Part shown: positions 26,122-40,205 of the stretch, in pieces
Position numbering within the stretch: position 1 is the stretch's first letter
Layout of the letters: the number at the start of each line of letters is the position of its first letter
Origin: Tubiluchus corallicola
Taxonomy: Eukaryota; Animalia; Priapulida
DNA: 64,000 nucleotides
Direction of reading: 5' to 3'
Assembly: GCA_030141605.1 (NCBI GenBank)
Contig: JAQGDQ010000167.1
Span: forward strand, 394,204-458,203
The notes under the pieces: generated by a model
The model's input: only the letters and a program-made list of their open reading frames with translations
The model's database searches: none
Told to the model about the DNA's origin: nothing
Position numbers and translations under genes: made by a program

Positions 26122-28789
26122 GGACAGATTCCGGTGGAATGGAATGGGAGTCATTGGTTAATGGTTAAACCCCGCCACGTTTTGTACTTTTGAGCCTTAT
26201 TCATTTTCCTTACGTCCTTGGAAACTTTGGGAATGCCATAAAAGTGGTGGTGTCTTTTTGTGTGAAAATTCTTCACAGATAGATTGATAAAAAATGTTCC
26301 TGTATGATTGCCAAATTAAAGGTTTTTATAAAATGTAACATTTCACGTCAATTTAAAAATTTCAAGCAAAATGAAATAAATGGTAAATAGCTAGCGGACG
26401 TTTTACAGTTGTACGTTAAAAATGTTGCGATGTTTGAGGAAACACGTTAGCAGAACAATGTACAGCCAAAGCAACAACAGCTCTAGACGAACTTCCTCCT
26501 TATATATAGTTTATGAAAGAGAACGCAGCTTATAAGAATCGAGTGACAGTTGTGTAGCTTCATTTTTGTGATTTAAGTGAAATTTACTTGTGAATATTTC
26601 AATGGAAATTGTGAACGTAGAAGCCGAAATCTTGGACATTTGAATGTCAGTTTTGGACATTTTAATGAAAAAGTTGAATACGTGAAATTGTGCATAGACA
26701 TTTGAATGAGAGTAGTTTGGGGGAGTAAATGGAAATTAATGACTTCATCACATTACAGAAGCGGAGCAACCGATGTTGAGCAGTGCTCAGCCTGCTCAGT
26801 AGATGGATGGACGACCGCCTGGAAAGCTTCTTCTTTATCATACTATGAGCGGATACAATTTTCACTGTGAAAAGCTATAAACCCAAGAAGCCTCTGCCGA
26901 TTCAATGCTTCATCTTAGAGGATTAACCACGATAATTATTAGATTCCGGTCCTGCCATAATGTACATTAATTAGGCTCTGCTGTTGAGTGCTAGATCCCA
27001 TATTGCCTCTAACTAATTAACAAAAAAGGGAAATATAATAATGAATGTTAATAAGAATAATAATATTAATAATGATGATGATGATGATGATGACGATGAT
27101 GATGATGATAATAATAATAATAACAATAAAAATAAGTATTGGCATATTTTATACCTGTGCTAGCTGCTTTACAAACCAACAAACCAAGCTAAGACCCTTT
27201 TTCAAAATAACCGAAAAACATCTTACGCGAACGAGAACAACAACAGCATCACGGCGAAACAGGCCTCGTTATAGGTTACTTTACAAGCAGTAAAAAACTA
27301 ATTTTATAAATAAATTAATTTTAATATTTTATCTTGGTTGTATTATTTTTTGCCGCATTATTACTGACAAATAAAAAATTGAAAAAAGGGAAAATCATCA
27401 CCCACAAATCTCTGCAACAGAAGCCAGAAATAATGAACGCAAATGAAACTACGCCCAGCTAATGTTAGAGGTGGCTCCTTGGTGATTAGGAACAGGTCGT
27501 GAATGGATATGATCATGACAGTGATTATAGCATCAGTTGTAATTTATAGACGAGACTAGCGCATTCGGGGAATTTAGGGCATTGCTGTCGGATAAACTGC
27601 TGAACGTTAGAAATTTCATCTGTATGCATTATCGAGAACAGTATTAACCAACAAACAGTCGTAAGCTATTAAAAGTGCACATTTAGTGTGAAAAGGCTTT
27701 TTAAGAGAAATTATTGCCAGTTTTGTAATTGTAATCACATTTATAACTGTTGTACATCAAATCAATTGTAGTTACAATAATTCTAAAAGAACTATATTAT
27801 TATAGATAACTAACTACATAATAGTTTATTAACAGGAGAATTACGCTGCATGGTGGTCAAGAAGCAAAGCTTGTGAGACCACCATGAAAAGAGGAAAGAA
27901 AAAACTGCTTAACTAACAAGAGAAAGAATTACAGAAAAAGAGAATAGTAAAGATAAAATGAATCAGATGGATAAAGAGTGAAAAGAAATGAAATAGAAAG
28001 GAGTTCAGTTTAATGCAGGGCCTCTTCAAAACTTCAGAAAACAAGTTGTGAAGGCTCTTGAAGGAGCCTTGGTCTGATGTAGTCTGTAGTCACTTGTGAC
28101 CTAGCCAGTACTTGAATTAATCCGTCCGACCAGTTAGTTATGTCACTTCTCCATGTGGCTCTAGTTAGACCATTAGTCTTTTGCATCAATTACTACATTT
28201 TTAAGCTCCATATTAAATGTGAATATCGGGTATTTACAGTAGAGAAATCCTTCGTTTGCTTAACCCTTTTCTACCCCTTTGTCAGAATGCACAAGGTCCT
28301 CTTTAATTCTGGCAGCCAAACAAAATATTACTATGTTGAAATTGCATTGTTTAAAAATTGACTGTTTTTTTTGATAAATTTTGTAATGGTACGTTGGTTG
28401 ACGTGGAAATAAACGTCATATCTCATCAATTCTCCAAATTTATAGTGATCAAAGAAAGGCAGTTGTGCAAAACAAGATGTTCATGCTCATAATTTTAATC
28501 TTTAATTCATTTAATTAAGCTTGATCCAATGACTAATTTGCCATTGAATCTGGATTCAGTCAGAAAACGCAACTTACGTGACAAAATAAAAATAGAAAAC
28601 TTTCGAAAATCATCACTGCATGATTTTGTGCTCCAATCGGTTTCCTAAGCAAGGAAACTAATTTAAAAAAGGACATTTTGAAGTATTTTAATCTGTTGAT
28701 CTACTGTTGATCTAAATTTTTTGTTGGAACATAACACAGCACCGCTTTATTTTAATACTGCATATCTTTCAGAAGTGAGACTGCAAGCA

Positions 28790-29601
28790 AATTATGTTAC
28801 ATCATGGAGGTTCTTTAATTCTATGAGCAAATTATCTTTTTATACATCACTTAAACAAAATTTTGAATCCAAACTTATTTAGATAGGATATTAAAGACAG
28901 AGAGGGCTTGACAAAATTTAGAAATAGTGCTCATCGTTTGGCTATTGAAACTGGTAGAAACGTAAGACCACCCATTACACGTGAAAATCAAGTTTGTAGT
29001 GTTTGCAATGTTTTTGAAGGTGAATGCCATTTTTTATTGTACTGCTCAAAACATAGCGCTGCATCTAAGTGTGTTCTACTTTTAATGTTTTAACTGTAAA
29101 TGAAAAACTGTTTCATTTGCTGTCGCCACAAAACACTGTAATACAAAGTGCAGTGGCAAACGTTATCCGAACTTGCATGTAATCTACGAAAGCGTATTAG
29201 GCGAATGATAATCCGATTATAAAAAATCTGGTTATAACCAATTTTTTGACCATCCGATTATAAAAAAATCTAATACAATCGGATGGCAAAGAATTGGTTA
29301 TAACCAGATTTTCTTTTATAATCGGTGGCAAACAAATTGGTTATAACCCGATTTTTTTTATAACTAGAAGGCAAAAAAATTTGGTTATAACCAGATTTTT
29401 GTATAATCGGACGGAAAACGAAAACATTTAGTTCTAATTTGATTTTTTTATAATCGGACAGCAAAAATTTGGTTATAACCAGAATTTTTATAATCGGATA
29501 TCATGGCCGTAATATGCTTTCGCAGTAATCTATTGTACGAAATGTTTATTATTGTTTTCATCGGCCCTGTTGGCCATATGTATTTATTTATCTATTTATC
29601 T
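28790..29601 (+). mobile_element. Decayed LINE ORF2 C-terminus and 3'UTR, interrupted by a foldback element
   Basis: TKFRNSAHRLAIETGR..PPITRENQVCSVCNVFEGECHFLLYC is the zinc-knuckle C-terminus typical of CR1/L2-group LINEs; frameshifted; (TATT/TATC)n tail at ~29580-29601. Confidence 0.8.
29184..29525. mobile_element. Foldback/palindromic non-autonomous DNA element built from ~43-bp subrepeats
   Basis: Long imperfect TIRs ctacgaaagcgtatta-ggcgaatgataatccgattataaaa / ttttataatcggatatcatggccgtaatatgctttcgcag; gtaatcta repeated at both junctions; repeated ggttataacc palindromes. Confidence 0.8.
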
Positions 29602-29899
29602 ACTAGCTTTGACACTAAAACTCGCGCTAACAAGCCTGACGACGCACATACACGGTTGGAAAGCACACCAAGTAGCTGGAAATTTTTACAGACTTAGAGG
29701 TCCAGAGGGGTTAACATTTTCTAAAATGCATTACATTATCCAAACCCTCGAAAAGTTTTTGTTAGCAATTCCCTACAGCCTTCTGATAGCCTTTCATCTT
29801 GTCAAGAAAATTTTAGCAAGCCACCTGCTTCTTAGACACGTCTTTTACAATCTTAGAACAATCTTTAAGAGAAATATACTGGCTACGTAGACGCCATGC

Positions 29900-30165
29900 A
29901 TTCCACACCACTACACACTACACCACTTCATACCTCACTGTACCTAGTCAGACATACACGTCACACTACATACCATCTCATCACCGTCACCCCTATGTCA
30001 TCAACCACATCACACAATACAGTATCACAAAATATGTCAACACTTTAAACCATGCAACATACTCCATGTCAAAGCAAAGCACACCACACCGCGACACATC
30101 GCACTACATCACAGCATACAATGCAGCGTTACTCGATACCGCACAGTGTCGCACCAAACTGTAAC
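29900..30165. repeat. Highly degenerate CA-rich pentanucleotide array
   Basis: cacac/cacat/catac 5-bp periodicity. Confidence 0.55.
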
Positions 30166-30469
30166 GCCGTCAGGGTTGGTAACAACTCTCCCTAGTCGGT
30201 TGGAATTCAGGTTTTCCGGAAGCCAAGAGTCCCTGGTACAATGCTGGATTATGCTGTCATGTAGAAATTGTGATTCCAGAAAAGTGAACATTAAAACAAA
30301 GAAATTGATTTCAAAAAGATTTGCCACTAACAGTTTTACAAAATAGCAAGCCTAGCTTGCCACTAACAGTATCACAAATAGCAATAACTTATCTTGCGCC
30401 TTCCATACTACGTGCAGTTGAACTACGGGACAGATGCTTGTCTGTTTGTCTGCCTGCTGAATTGACGAG

Positions 30470-31378
30470 GTGGTGCACGATGAAAACGGCACAGGAAAAA
30501 ATGGCACGGTAAAAATGACACAGGTAATAATGGCACAGGAAAAAATTGTATACATGGAAAAGTATGGAAAAATGGCACATACGTTATTCTGATGCAAGTG
30601 ATTTCTATAATAAAATTAGAATGTGCTCAGTAGGAAGCAGATCTCTGCCAAAACCGAACTATCTTAAACTCATTCGTCTGATTCTTTTAATTCAAAAAAT
30701 TTAACACAAAGATAAACAAGCAAACATACAAAAATATACCAAATGTATTTGTATTACATAGCAAAAGACTCAGAAAATATTTGGTCATTAAATGAATTTA
30801 TAATCAACGAATGTTCCAGTGTTTATCTACCCTTTTCATCAATTTTGGCGATGGTAATAGATTGACAAATCTATACGTACCAAGTCACCTTATAAGGCTA
30901 CACATATTAATAGCAAAGGTTATAAACAGCATTACACAGTTTTACATGCGAGAATTTCTCGAAACGGAACCCGAAACTAACTCGTAGTAGTTTGTCCAGG
31001 TGGAAATAATAAAGAAGAAGTGCTAAACACTCCGTCTGAGACCGCCACAAAGTACTTCATGAAAGCTTTTGTACGTGATGTTCGGAAATGTTTTGCGAAA
31101 AAATCACCGGCGGAACGATTCCCATTTTGGTACCCTATACCCGCCTTTCTACGTAAAGTTTCTTGGAAATGTGTTAGGTAGTTTTTGCGTAATATGCTTA
31201 CTGCCATAACAGACAAAAAGCAACCAAACAAACAGACAAACGAACAAACTGTGTTGAATCATAACATCCTTGGCAGAGGCAAAAATAACTAAAATAGTTG
31301 TCCCCCACTGTAATCCTAACCCTGAGCACATATTTTAGTAAGCGTGCCATTTTTCCTGTGCTATTTTTACCTACATTC
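30470..31378. mobile_element. MULE-like non-autonomous TIR element with subterminal (aaaaatggcac) repeats
   Basis: Left ggcacaggaaaaaatggcac repeats are inverted relative to right gtgccatttttcctgtgc; cctaaccct motif inside; TSD not resolved. Confidence 0.55.
30614..31285 (+). mobile_element. Helentron-associated (HINE/DINE-like) element nested in the MULE-like element
   Basis: 5' tagaatgtgctcagtag..atctctgccaa; 3' (AAAC/AGAC)n then cataacatccttggcagagg; subterminal inverted repeat ctctgccaa/ttggcagag; related 5' piece at ~1960-1990. Confidence 0.6.
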
Positions 31379-31785
31379 GTTCATTATAACTGATGCAGAG
31401 GTTCTCCTCAATATATAATACAAAAACAGCGTACAATTTAAGATTTACATTTGAACATTTGAAGTTATCATGTGGACTAGTATAGTACCATACCACACTG
31501 AAAATAACAAAACGTGAATGCACAATATAGGATGGAACAATAGATTGAAGCACCTCGTGGGGTCTGACCATATTCATTTTGGAAAACTCACATGTATGAG
31601 ACAAGAACAGGCAATGGTTGTGACAAAGCTGGAACAATACGCCTTAGGCGAAAGGATACGTAAAAAGAGTGAAAAAGAATTTAGTGTAAATGAACGCAAG
31701 ACTTCAAAAATTTGTGCATAGATACTATGTTATTGGGATACGTGATATTGAACCTTTCCTAAGAGCTGTGTAGGAACTTTTCCAT

Positions 31786-31931
31786 GGTACCAGTACCAAA
31801 CTTATCAGTACCAAAATTACCAGTACCAAACTTATCAGTACCAAAATTACCAGTACCAAACTTACCAGTACCAGCTTACTAGTACCAAACTTACAAGTAC
31901 CAAACTTACCAATACCAAACTTACTAGTACC
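31786..31931 (+). repeat. 15-bp tandem repeat, ~9-10 copies (cagtaccaaacttac)
   Basis: Period 15 (31791, 31806, 31821...). Confidence 0.92.
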
Positions 31932-33799
31932 GCAGTATGTACAATAATGAGAAAATTAACAGTTAATAAATAAAACATTGTCTCAGAAGATTAGTTAAAA
32001 TTATCAATTTCGAAAACCCTTTGCGCAAATAATAAAATGATGTACACACTGAAACAGTTCACTTCATAGTTTAAGCGTGCGTTCCCATGAAGAAGAACAT
32101 TTGTAGTATAGTTATCCGACAATTCATAAATATTGATAATATTAGAGCAAATATTTTCTTGACTTTGTCGACCATCAATGACCTATAGGTAAGTTAAAAA
32201 GTGGACATTTTAATAAAAATGTTCATGTGTCTCAAAAAGGAAGCCACACCTGCAATATGGTAAGACACGAAACCCATCACAATGATGCTGATCTTTATTT
32301 GGCAGGTTAGAGTGGCGTTATACTGTGACTATGGCTTCTTTAAGATGTTGAAGCACTAGAAAGACTAACAGAAAGAACAGTGGAAGTTTCTCTATTTAAT
32401 GGGTTTTATACGCCCCATAAAGCAGTCAGTGTACGAAACACAAAAGGCTAAATTACTTGTTCACCTTGAACTTTAAAGGCCGCCGGAAACCATGCTGCAC
32501 CGCTTTAACGTACATTCATTTACGTGGCACCAACTCTCACCATAAATCATTATGTAATTATGTGCTGCTGCGCTGCATTCAATGAGTTCGTTTGTCGACC
32601 GATCAAAAATCCACAGAAATTCAGTAAATGAGCATTAATTATGTGGGCTTCAGGGCGGATCGTATACCAAATGTGGACTGCATCGTTAGCCTTTCCCCGT
32701 AGTTTGAATAAACGTTACTAAAGGAAATGACTCTGAACTGTGCTTCTTTCAAGCCGCTACAATTTCCAGACTTTGACTTCTTAAAAAGAAAGTTTTATTG
32801 GCTTTTAGAATGATTTTGGCAGTTCCCTCTGACCTGAATCCGCCACAAAATCAAACTCATTAAACAACATCACCATTATTTTCACTTGCCTGCGAGCTTT
32901 TTAATCATGACGCATTCGTGTACTTTACGCTGGGAATTTGGCGGAAAGATTAATCTATACAATCCCCTGTATACCGGATTGTTTTAAATAAGTTAGAAAT
33001 GTATGTGTGGCAATATTGATCACTCGGAATGGAGCAAAACCGCTAATTTTGAAAGCACTTAATATCCGAAGCGTGCATTTGTGACGGCGGCAATGGCAGT
33101 GGCGTCGGTGATGACTGCGGCAAAAGGAGCAGCTGTAATTTGGTAACCTACAGCAAAAAATTCTGCTGAGGCTGTTTAGTACTAAAAGATGACAGTTAGG
33201 CAAAATAGTTTCACACACGTAAGAAATTTGGCTGTCGGAATTATGCTGGATTTATAAAGGTAGTCCGTTTCTAAATTGCTTTTTGCTGTTTGACAACTAG
33301 CCTTATTTATTTTCATATTTAAATATTTAGATATTTATTTATTAGTGTCAAAAATACATACAAGACATACATACAATATCAATTTTGAAATATACAAAAA
33401 AAACAAGACATATATAAAATCTGAATTATGAAATATAATGACACTATAATTATACAAACAAAACAATTACCATAAAACAAACAATACAGCAACATGTTGC
33501 CGCGAATTGATTATACATTTAAAAGAGGAAGACTCGGGTCACGCCCCAATGTTCTCTTTTAATAACCCTACGTCTCTGAGTGCTGGATTTTGGGCTTGCA
33601 GTGTGTCGAAGTATAAAAAGAGAAAGAAATTAGTAAACGAATTGGCAAAGATTCACAGTTTGCTCTTCAACTCTTTAGGCTGTCCTCCCTTTTGCTCTGA
33701 AATTCATTCCCTCACCTCTTCTCATCACCACTTTCAATCATGCGAGCATCAAACCGATTTGCCGAACCACAGGACGTGAAGGTAAACACAGCTCAGCTC

Positions 33800-34180
33800 T
33801 GTAATCGCTTTCACGGTTCAGCAGAGCGTGCAAGAGGCAACTCAGAGAAGCCCAGAGGAAGCCACGAGGAAGCCCTGCGTCTCACCAGCGTGGCATACTG
33901 ATTAGCGGCGGACACGGTCCAGAGAACTGGTCGCGATAATTGGACGCAGATGTGGACCGGATCACTGCTGCAGAGGGCGCTCCGAGAACGTCTTGTCTGT
34001 AGTTATAAATAATCACGCTACAGCAGTGTAAATACTAAGTAAGTGAGTGAGTAAGTGAGCGAGTGAGTGAGTGAGTGAGTGAGAGAGTGAGTGAGTGAGT
34101 GAGTGAGTGAGTGAGTGAGTGAGTGAGTGAGTGAGTGAGTGAGTGAGTGAGTGAGTAAGTAAGTAAGTAAAGTAAGTAAG
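33800..34180 (+). mobile_element. Probable RTE-type LINE 3' remnant with (GTGA)n/(GTAA)n tail
   Basis: GC-rich island translating ...DNWTQMWTGSLLQRALRE, similar to the RTE C-terminal W.DNI..WTG....LR motif; followed by tetranucleotide array 34036-34180. Confidence 0.45.
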
Positions 34181-34285
34181 CAAAGAAGTACATACGTGTG
34201 TAAGTAAGTAACACTATTCCTTACAGATATGGCATATTATCTAGATACGGTTGTACGGGTATATAATACTGCACATTATATACTA

Positions 34286-34482
34286 TACAGAGTGCTTCAG
34301 AAGAAATTTGTTGATGAGCTGAAATTTCCTGATCAAATCACAAGATATGTTACCACGTTACATGGACTTCTGCATTACGACATCATAAAAATGCAAATAC
34401 ATGGATATGTCATATCACTTGCTTGTTATACATTTAAATATAGGCATATCATATTTCATATCATATTCCTGAAACACCTGTA
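34286..34482 (+). mobile_element. Tc1/mariner-like MITE family E with both ends
   Basis: TA+cagagtgcttcagaa ... tcctgaaacacctg+TA; internal match to 13600-13791 and 41534-41720. Confidence 0.65.
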
Positions 34483-34784
34483 CAAGTTAGCAGTGTCGAA
34501 CAAACTAGACCTGCCTTGTGCAAAACTTTAATGTTTTCAATACAGTTTTAGTAGTGTAATTACATTTTAGTAATGGATTAAATAGCAAGGTTTGTGGGTG
34601 TGCTTCCCCTTCCCTTTTCTCCCCTCGCCGCCATTGTATGTTAACTATTTATCAACAGCGTCATGAGCTCGACAAAATACTGAGCACATATACAGGTTGG
34701 TTCGAAAGGAGAAACTGCAGTAAAATGTGCTGCTATGCTATTTTGTAATGTACAAAAATCAAGTTATAATAATGGGAAAATTAT

Positions 34785-35150
34785 AATAAGTCTTTTCACA
34801 GTTTCGTCGTGCGTACGCGCTGCTGCTGTAGGTCAAACGTTAAGAGTACCACAGCAAAGCGTCTTAACTATAACCGCCACGTGACATGTGGGTAAAGCAA
34901 AGCAGTCCGCTGCATCAGTTCAGTTACCTCAGTTGGTTTACATGGACTTTACTTAATTGTACATTAGTCTGTGCATAGAGTTATTTACTAGCAGGATCTT
35001 GCTTGAGAACAAGAAAAAATGAACTAGGTAAGGTTCTAGTTAACTGTTCAACTGTTACTATTACAATAGCATAGTCTGCGAGGTGTTGTCAAGTGTACAC
35101 AAAAGTGTCAAGTGTCATCATCAATCGCTGGAACTGTAAAAAGGCTTATT
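34785..35150 (+). mobile_element. MITE family C with both TIRs (PIF/Harbinger or ISL2EU-like)
   Basis: TIRs aataagtcttttcacagtt / aactgtaaaaaggcttatt; colinear with 61732-62211. Confidence 0.85.
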
Positions 35151-37624
35151 ATGTAAATGTAATTGACGATGATCGTGAAAAGTCAACGGTTAAGTGTACT
35201 AGGCATTTGTGGACACCCTGTATAACACTATTATGAACATTTAGTCTTTCTGTTAAGCTTAACATTTTATCGATTTGCATTAGTTTACATTAGTAGATCT
35301 CATGTAATTTGCTATTTACTCTAATTCCGGGACCCCGGGATACGGGATAGGGCGATCCCGGGTTTGAGACTTTACGATTACAACTGCCATGCATCGATAC
35401 TGTGCGATATTGAAGTATTGAAGCCAGTACGACGTATATGTGACCTTGAAAAGTGATAAATTAATAGTAAAATGTGACGTCAGCACGAAGTCATCTGGAA
35501 GCCATACACCGCTGCATGTCTGATCTTTGGCATTGCAAAAAATTTGAATTTAGCTGGGAAAAACTTGCGAAATCAACAACTGGGATGATGTTTTAAACAA
35601 ACCAGATTTGCAAGCTGACATATTCGTATAGTCGGTGCTTCAAAGCAAGAATTATGTAGTAGTGATTGATCACCGAGAATATTACTAACAGAACTTTTCC
35701 ATACAGCTCACTGAAAATGGGTTTTTGAGAAATTGTTCAATTAAATTTATTTCATACACTTAAAAGTACATCGCATTATATTAAAAATTAGAACACACAG
35801 CTATACTATAAAATTACGATAGAAATTGTTAAATATTTACATATATACACACATACGCACCCAGACACAAAACATTCACACACAATACAGATCATTAAAA
35901 AATCAATACACAGAGGTATAAAATCCAACAAAACTTACATTTAAAATGGTAAAAGATGTTGATCTTATAGTGTAAAACATAGTACCATTCGTCCATATAA
36001 TTGTATTACTATTGTTTAAAGGTGACGTTTTTGTATAAAAGAGAAATTTCTTATAAGTCTTTGTTTCTCTGCAAGTATAGAATGATTTAGAAATTAAAAT
36101 AAATTTCTTTTGTACTGAACTGAATTGAATTACATTGATATTCCGCAAGATAGCTGTATACAGGATGGAATTAAATCATTCCGTATAATAGGCCCAAGTT
36201 TAATTGGGAAACAGTTTTTGAGCCACCCTATAGTAGGAACTATACTCCAAGTTCAGTTACATAAATAGCAGCTATCACTTCAAGAAGGAATTGTTAAAGC
36301 ATAAGAAAACCCTTTAGTTACAAAAAGCTAGAAAAATTCGTCTTGACACGAATATTTTGTACTACTCAGAATTTTCTTTTCTAGTTACATATAGGTAACT
36401 TCGTGTTGATATTTTTTGTAATATAAAATTGCCTTTCTTCCCCACTAAATAAATAAAATTTCTTTCATCTATGCTAAAATGATTGTAAGTTTACAAAAAT
36501 CTACGTTTAACGTAAGGCAACACATTTTACCCAGCAGAATTAAAATTTTAATGAATATTTTGAATAACTCTTATAAAAACTTCGCATCTAATTGTTTTTC
36601 TCATTACTTAGTGTTATTACTTATTTTTTTATTATTGTAAGTAACTTTTATATGCACTTCTATATACATGGAAACCACATTTTGTGTCTGTAACTTGTTT
36701 TATCTTACAAATGTACTGAAATAAATGTCAATGAATAAATGTCTATAATAATCTCATAGAATTGCCGCTTTTCCGCTTTTCCCTTTCTTATTAGTGTATC
36801 TTGAACTAATTTCCATGATCAATGGCTACCAAAACGTGTTATTATTTTCTGTGAACGTTTCTTTGACGTAACAGAACAAAACTAGAGTTCTTTGTTGCAA
36901 AGAAAAGGCACCCCTCGACCATCATTTTCTGTACTTTAATATATACTTCGAAATATTGAAATTACCACATACTATACACGTATAAAATTCCTTGCTTAAA
37001 AATGCAAAAGAAATTAAACCACTCGTATCTCCCGCCAAACGGACTAGCTGAGGTCATATTTGAAAAAAATGACGTAAGTTGGTGGACAGCGCGAAGACAC
37101 TCATGACAAAGCTTCATAGTTCACTCTGAAATTCCGCTATTCTAGCTGAATATATTTTTGTGAGTTACGGGGCGTTTATGTAAAAATCAGTCATCGGATC
37201 AATTGGCAATAACTTTAAAGTGCTTACTTAGCTTTAATCGACAGGACTGTACCACAAAATGCGTAAGTACTACACAATTCCACAATTATAATTATAAAAA
37301 ATAATCATGGAAAACTGCGAAGATGTCAGCATGTCAGCATACAGAAGGTGCCGGGTGGTTTACTTATCATATAGAGTTCGCTTTAAGCTTGTTAAAATTA
37401 TTATTTTGTTACTTTGTAGGCGACTCGGCGTTAACTAGCCGAGTTGGAGTCTTGGATATTACTGTATTATCGTCGATAATTGGTTTTCAAAACTAAAAAA
37501 TAGTATTAATATGCTTTCGCTTAACGTTTTGGATTGTTTGTAGTAGATAACAGTAACTGTAGCAGGAAAAGAAGTTTGTTCAAGCACCTGACGACGTAAG
37601 TGTTTATGTCGCACAGTAATCGGT

Positions 37625-37800
37625 TGACGCCATTTTTCATTCAAAATGAGAGCGCCCGAGTTTGAAGTGATCGCGACTTAAATTGATTTTATTACTTACA
37701 CATTTGCTTATCAGAATTTTATTGTTGAAGCTTTGTAACATTTTTCTCAAATATTAAAACACCTCAGCTTCCCGAGAGACTTGGCTTTTGCTTGAACAAT
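37625..37800 (+). mobile_element. Internal fragment of MITE family B
   Basis: gagcgcccgag..gaagtgatcgcgacttaaattgattttattac is the reverse complement of 25650-25730 and 58300-58380. Confidence 0.6.
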
Positions 37801-38269
37801 TTATGCTTACTGGCTCACGTTGCTCATAAAATATTCTCACAGATTAAGAACGCAATCGCATTTTCTAGATTCTGTTTAGTAGCTTCGCAATTAGTTGCTG
37901 CCATTTCGCGTTTCCCACCTCGTATCATTTTCACAGCAAATGTTATTGGTTGTAATTATGCGCGGTATTTCAATAGTGAATCATTATTAAATTCGTGATC
38001 ATAATATTTGATCGAGTAGAGAGCGTTTTACAGCCGTGGCAATATTAGGATTGTGTGCATAGCAAGATTTTGGCGTTAACGTGCAAATTATTGTTTATTG
38101 TCGCAGTAACACTAGGACTGTGTACATAGCAAGATATGGCATTAATTCCAGTTTACAGAACTGGCAGTGTCGTATCGTTTTACCGATTATTAAAATTAAT
38201 GGAACAATTATGTAGATAACAGTACATACGCTATAATTGTCAAAGATGGTAGTTAGGGTGAGGATGATA

Positions 38270-38530
38270 CGAAAACAATGATAATGACGACAATGATGAT
38301 GAGTACGATAGCGAGAATGTCGATGACGCATGACGGTGATGACAATGATTTTGACGAGGCTGACGCTAATGATGATAACCATGATGACGATGACGATGAC
38401 GACGGAGGCGACGACGACGACAACAACGACGACGATGATGATGATGGTGATGATGAAGATGATGATGATGACGATGATGATGATGATGAAGATGATGATG
38501 ATGACGATGATGATGATAACAAATGATGAT
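38270..38530. repeat. Degenerate (GAT/GAC)n trinucleotide array
   Basis: Directly visible; source of poly-Asp/Ser/Met ORFs. Confidence 0.9.
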
Positions 38531-39083
38531 GAGCTAGTGTACAGAATTGGTGAAGTTGTTGTTTAAAGGAAAATTACACCATTACTTATAGTTGATAAGT
38601 TCACCAGTTTGCAAAACTATCATAATGACAAATTGACAATGGCAGCCGTGACAGCGACAGTGACACTGGCATAACGGTAATGGCAGCACTGACAGCGTTA
38701 ATTACCAGGTAGATGGATACAGACAAAATTCAGAGCGTCGATGTTTAGTCTGTTTGTGCCCTTTCAGAGCGTTTCTCTTTTCTATTTTTAGACTAAATGA
38801 ATGATGTTCATATTTGATTGATTCTCTAGACGTGTAGGAAGAGAAATGATCGATCTGTCTTCAACACAGGGACTACAGTAATAAAACTTTCTATTGGTTG
38901 TTTGCATTGCACCTGCCTCCTCCTCCCTTTCTTCCTACCTATTTCCTCTTTCTCTTTCTTTCTTTCTTCCCAATTTCTTCTTTGCCTTTCTCATATTTTA
39001 CGATCTCTCCCATCATTCCCTTTTCTCTCTCACTCTCACTCTCTCTTTCCTTTCTTTTTCTCTCTCTTTCTCCCCCTCCCTCC

Positions 39084-39142
<59 letters not shown>

Positions 39143-39779
39143 TTCTTCTCTCTCCTCAATTTTTCGTCCACTTTATAACTAAGCGGCATAGTCAATCTTT
39201 CATTTCCATCCTATTACTTTCACTTTTAACCGTTGTTTTAATTTCTTTATTAGCTGTTCTTTCATTAGTTTTAGTTTTAGTTTTAGTTTTTTCAATTCCT
39301 ACAATAATTGATTCATGCAATTTTAAAATTATTGGATTTGCCAATGCATCACACATGTTGTCTAAGTTCACATATCTTGCACAATATCATTCTGCTTGGC
39401 TAAAGTGAGTGACAGAACTGGCGATGAGAGACAGACTGGTCACCCACCTTGCAAATATATAATGCAAAGCACCGTGTCTATACAATAACGTATAATATGC
39501 AATTTGTGCATGTGTTCCATCTGTTTCCATCTTGACACGAACAAGCACATTATATCAGCAGGAATATTATTGATTATTCTCTTACCTATATCTGTAATTA
39601 AGTGCCTCTATTAATCAAACAAGCAACAGTATCAGCAATTGCATTTATTTATTGCGAGAGATTTATTTGACTAGCAATATCTACCTTAATAATATAGCAT
39701 GCTAAATGTACATAATGGTGATTTCGTCATATTTGGCAATAATAACTTTATCCAATTTGATTTTAATGTGAAGACAGGT

Positions 39780-40072
39780 ACATTTTTAGACATTTTTGTA
39801 CCTCTGTACATTTACTCCTTGTGGCTTTTTGAACCCAAAAGCAAACAGCTCCCAGATTTTGCACAGATGTCAAGATTGGCGATTGCAGCCTTAGGAGTTT
39901 CAATTTTAAGATGCAGACATTTTTTATGCATTTTGAGCATCGACTTTGGATATTTTGAACCAAACACACTGAATTTCCACTTCTTATTCAGACCTACTCC
40001 TGTACCAAGTCTGATGACTACAGCTTCACCCATTTTGATTTTGTTGTGCATACATACATACATACACGCGCG

Positions 40073-40115
<43 letters not shown>

Positions 40116-40136
40116 GCACGCACGCACGCACGCACG

Positions 40137-40167
<31 letters not shown>

Positions 40168-40205
40168 ACAGACAGACAGACCCACTGTTGCCAGCGTCGA
40201 TAAAA
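39780..40205 (+). mobile_element. Helentron-associated non-autonomous element with internal compound microsatellite
   Basis: ccaagtctgatgactacagcttcacccattttgattttgttgtgca matches the inverted copy at 47925-48100; (CATA)(CA)(CACG)(CAGG)(CAGA) arrays precede a short 3' end. Confidence 0.55.

Noticed and set aside
27780-28390. Additional LINE remnants here and at 35730-36200
   Set aside because: Only faint motif resemblance; too degraded to support a call by eye
38253-38566. Asp-rich biomineralisation-type protein
   Set aside because: Degenerate GAT/GAC microsatellite like those at 6055 and 17093; no signal peptide or gene structure
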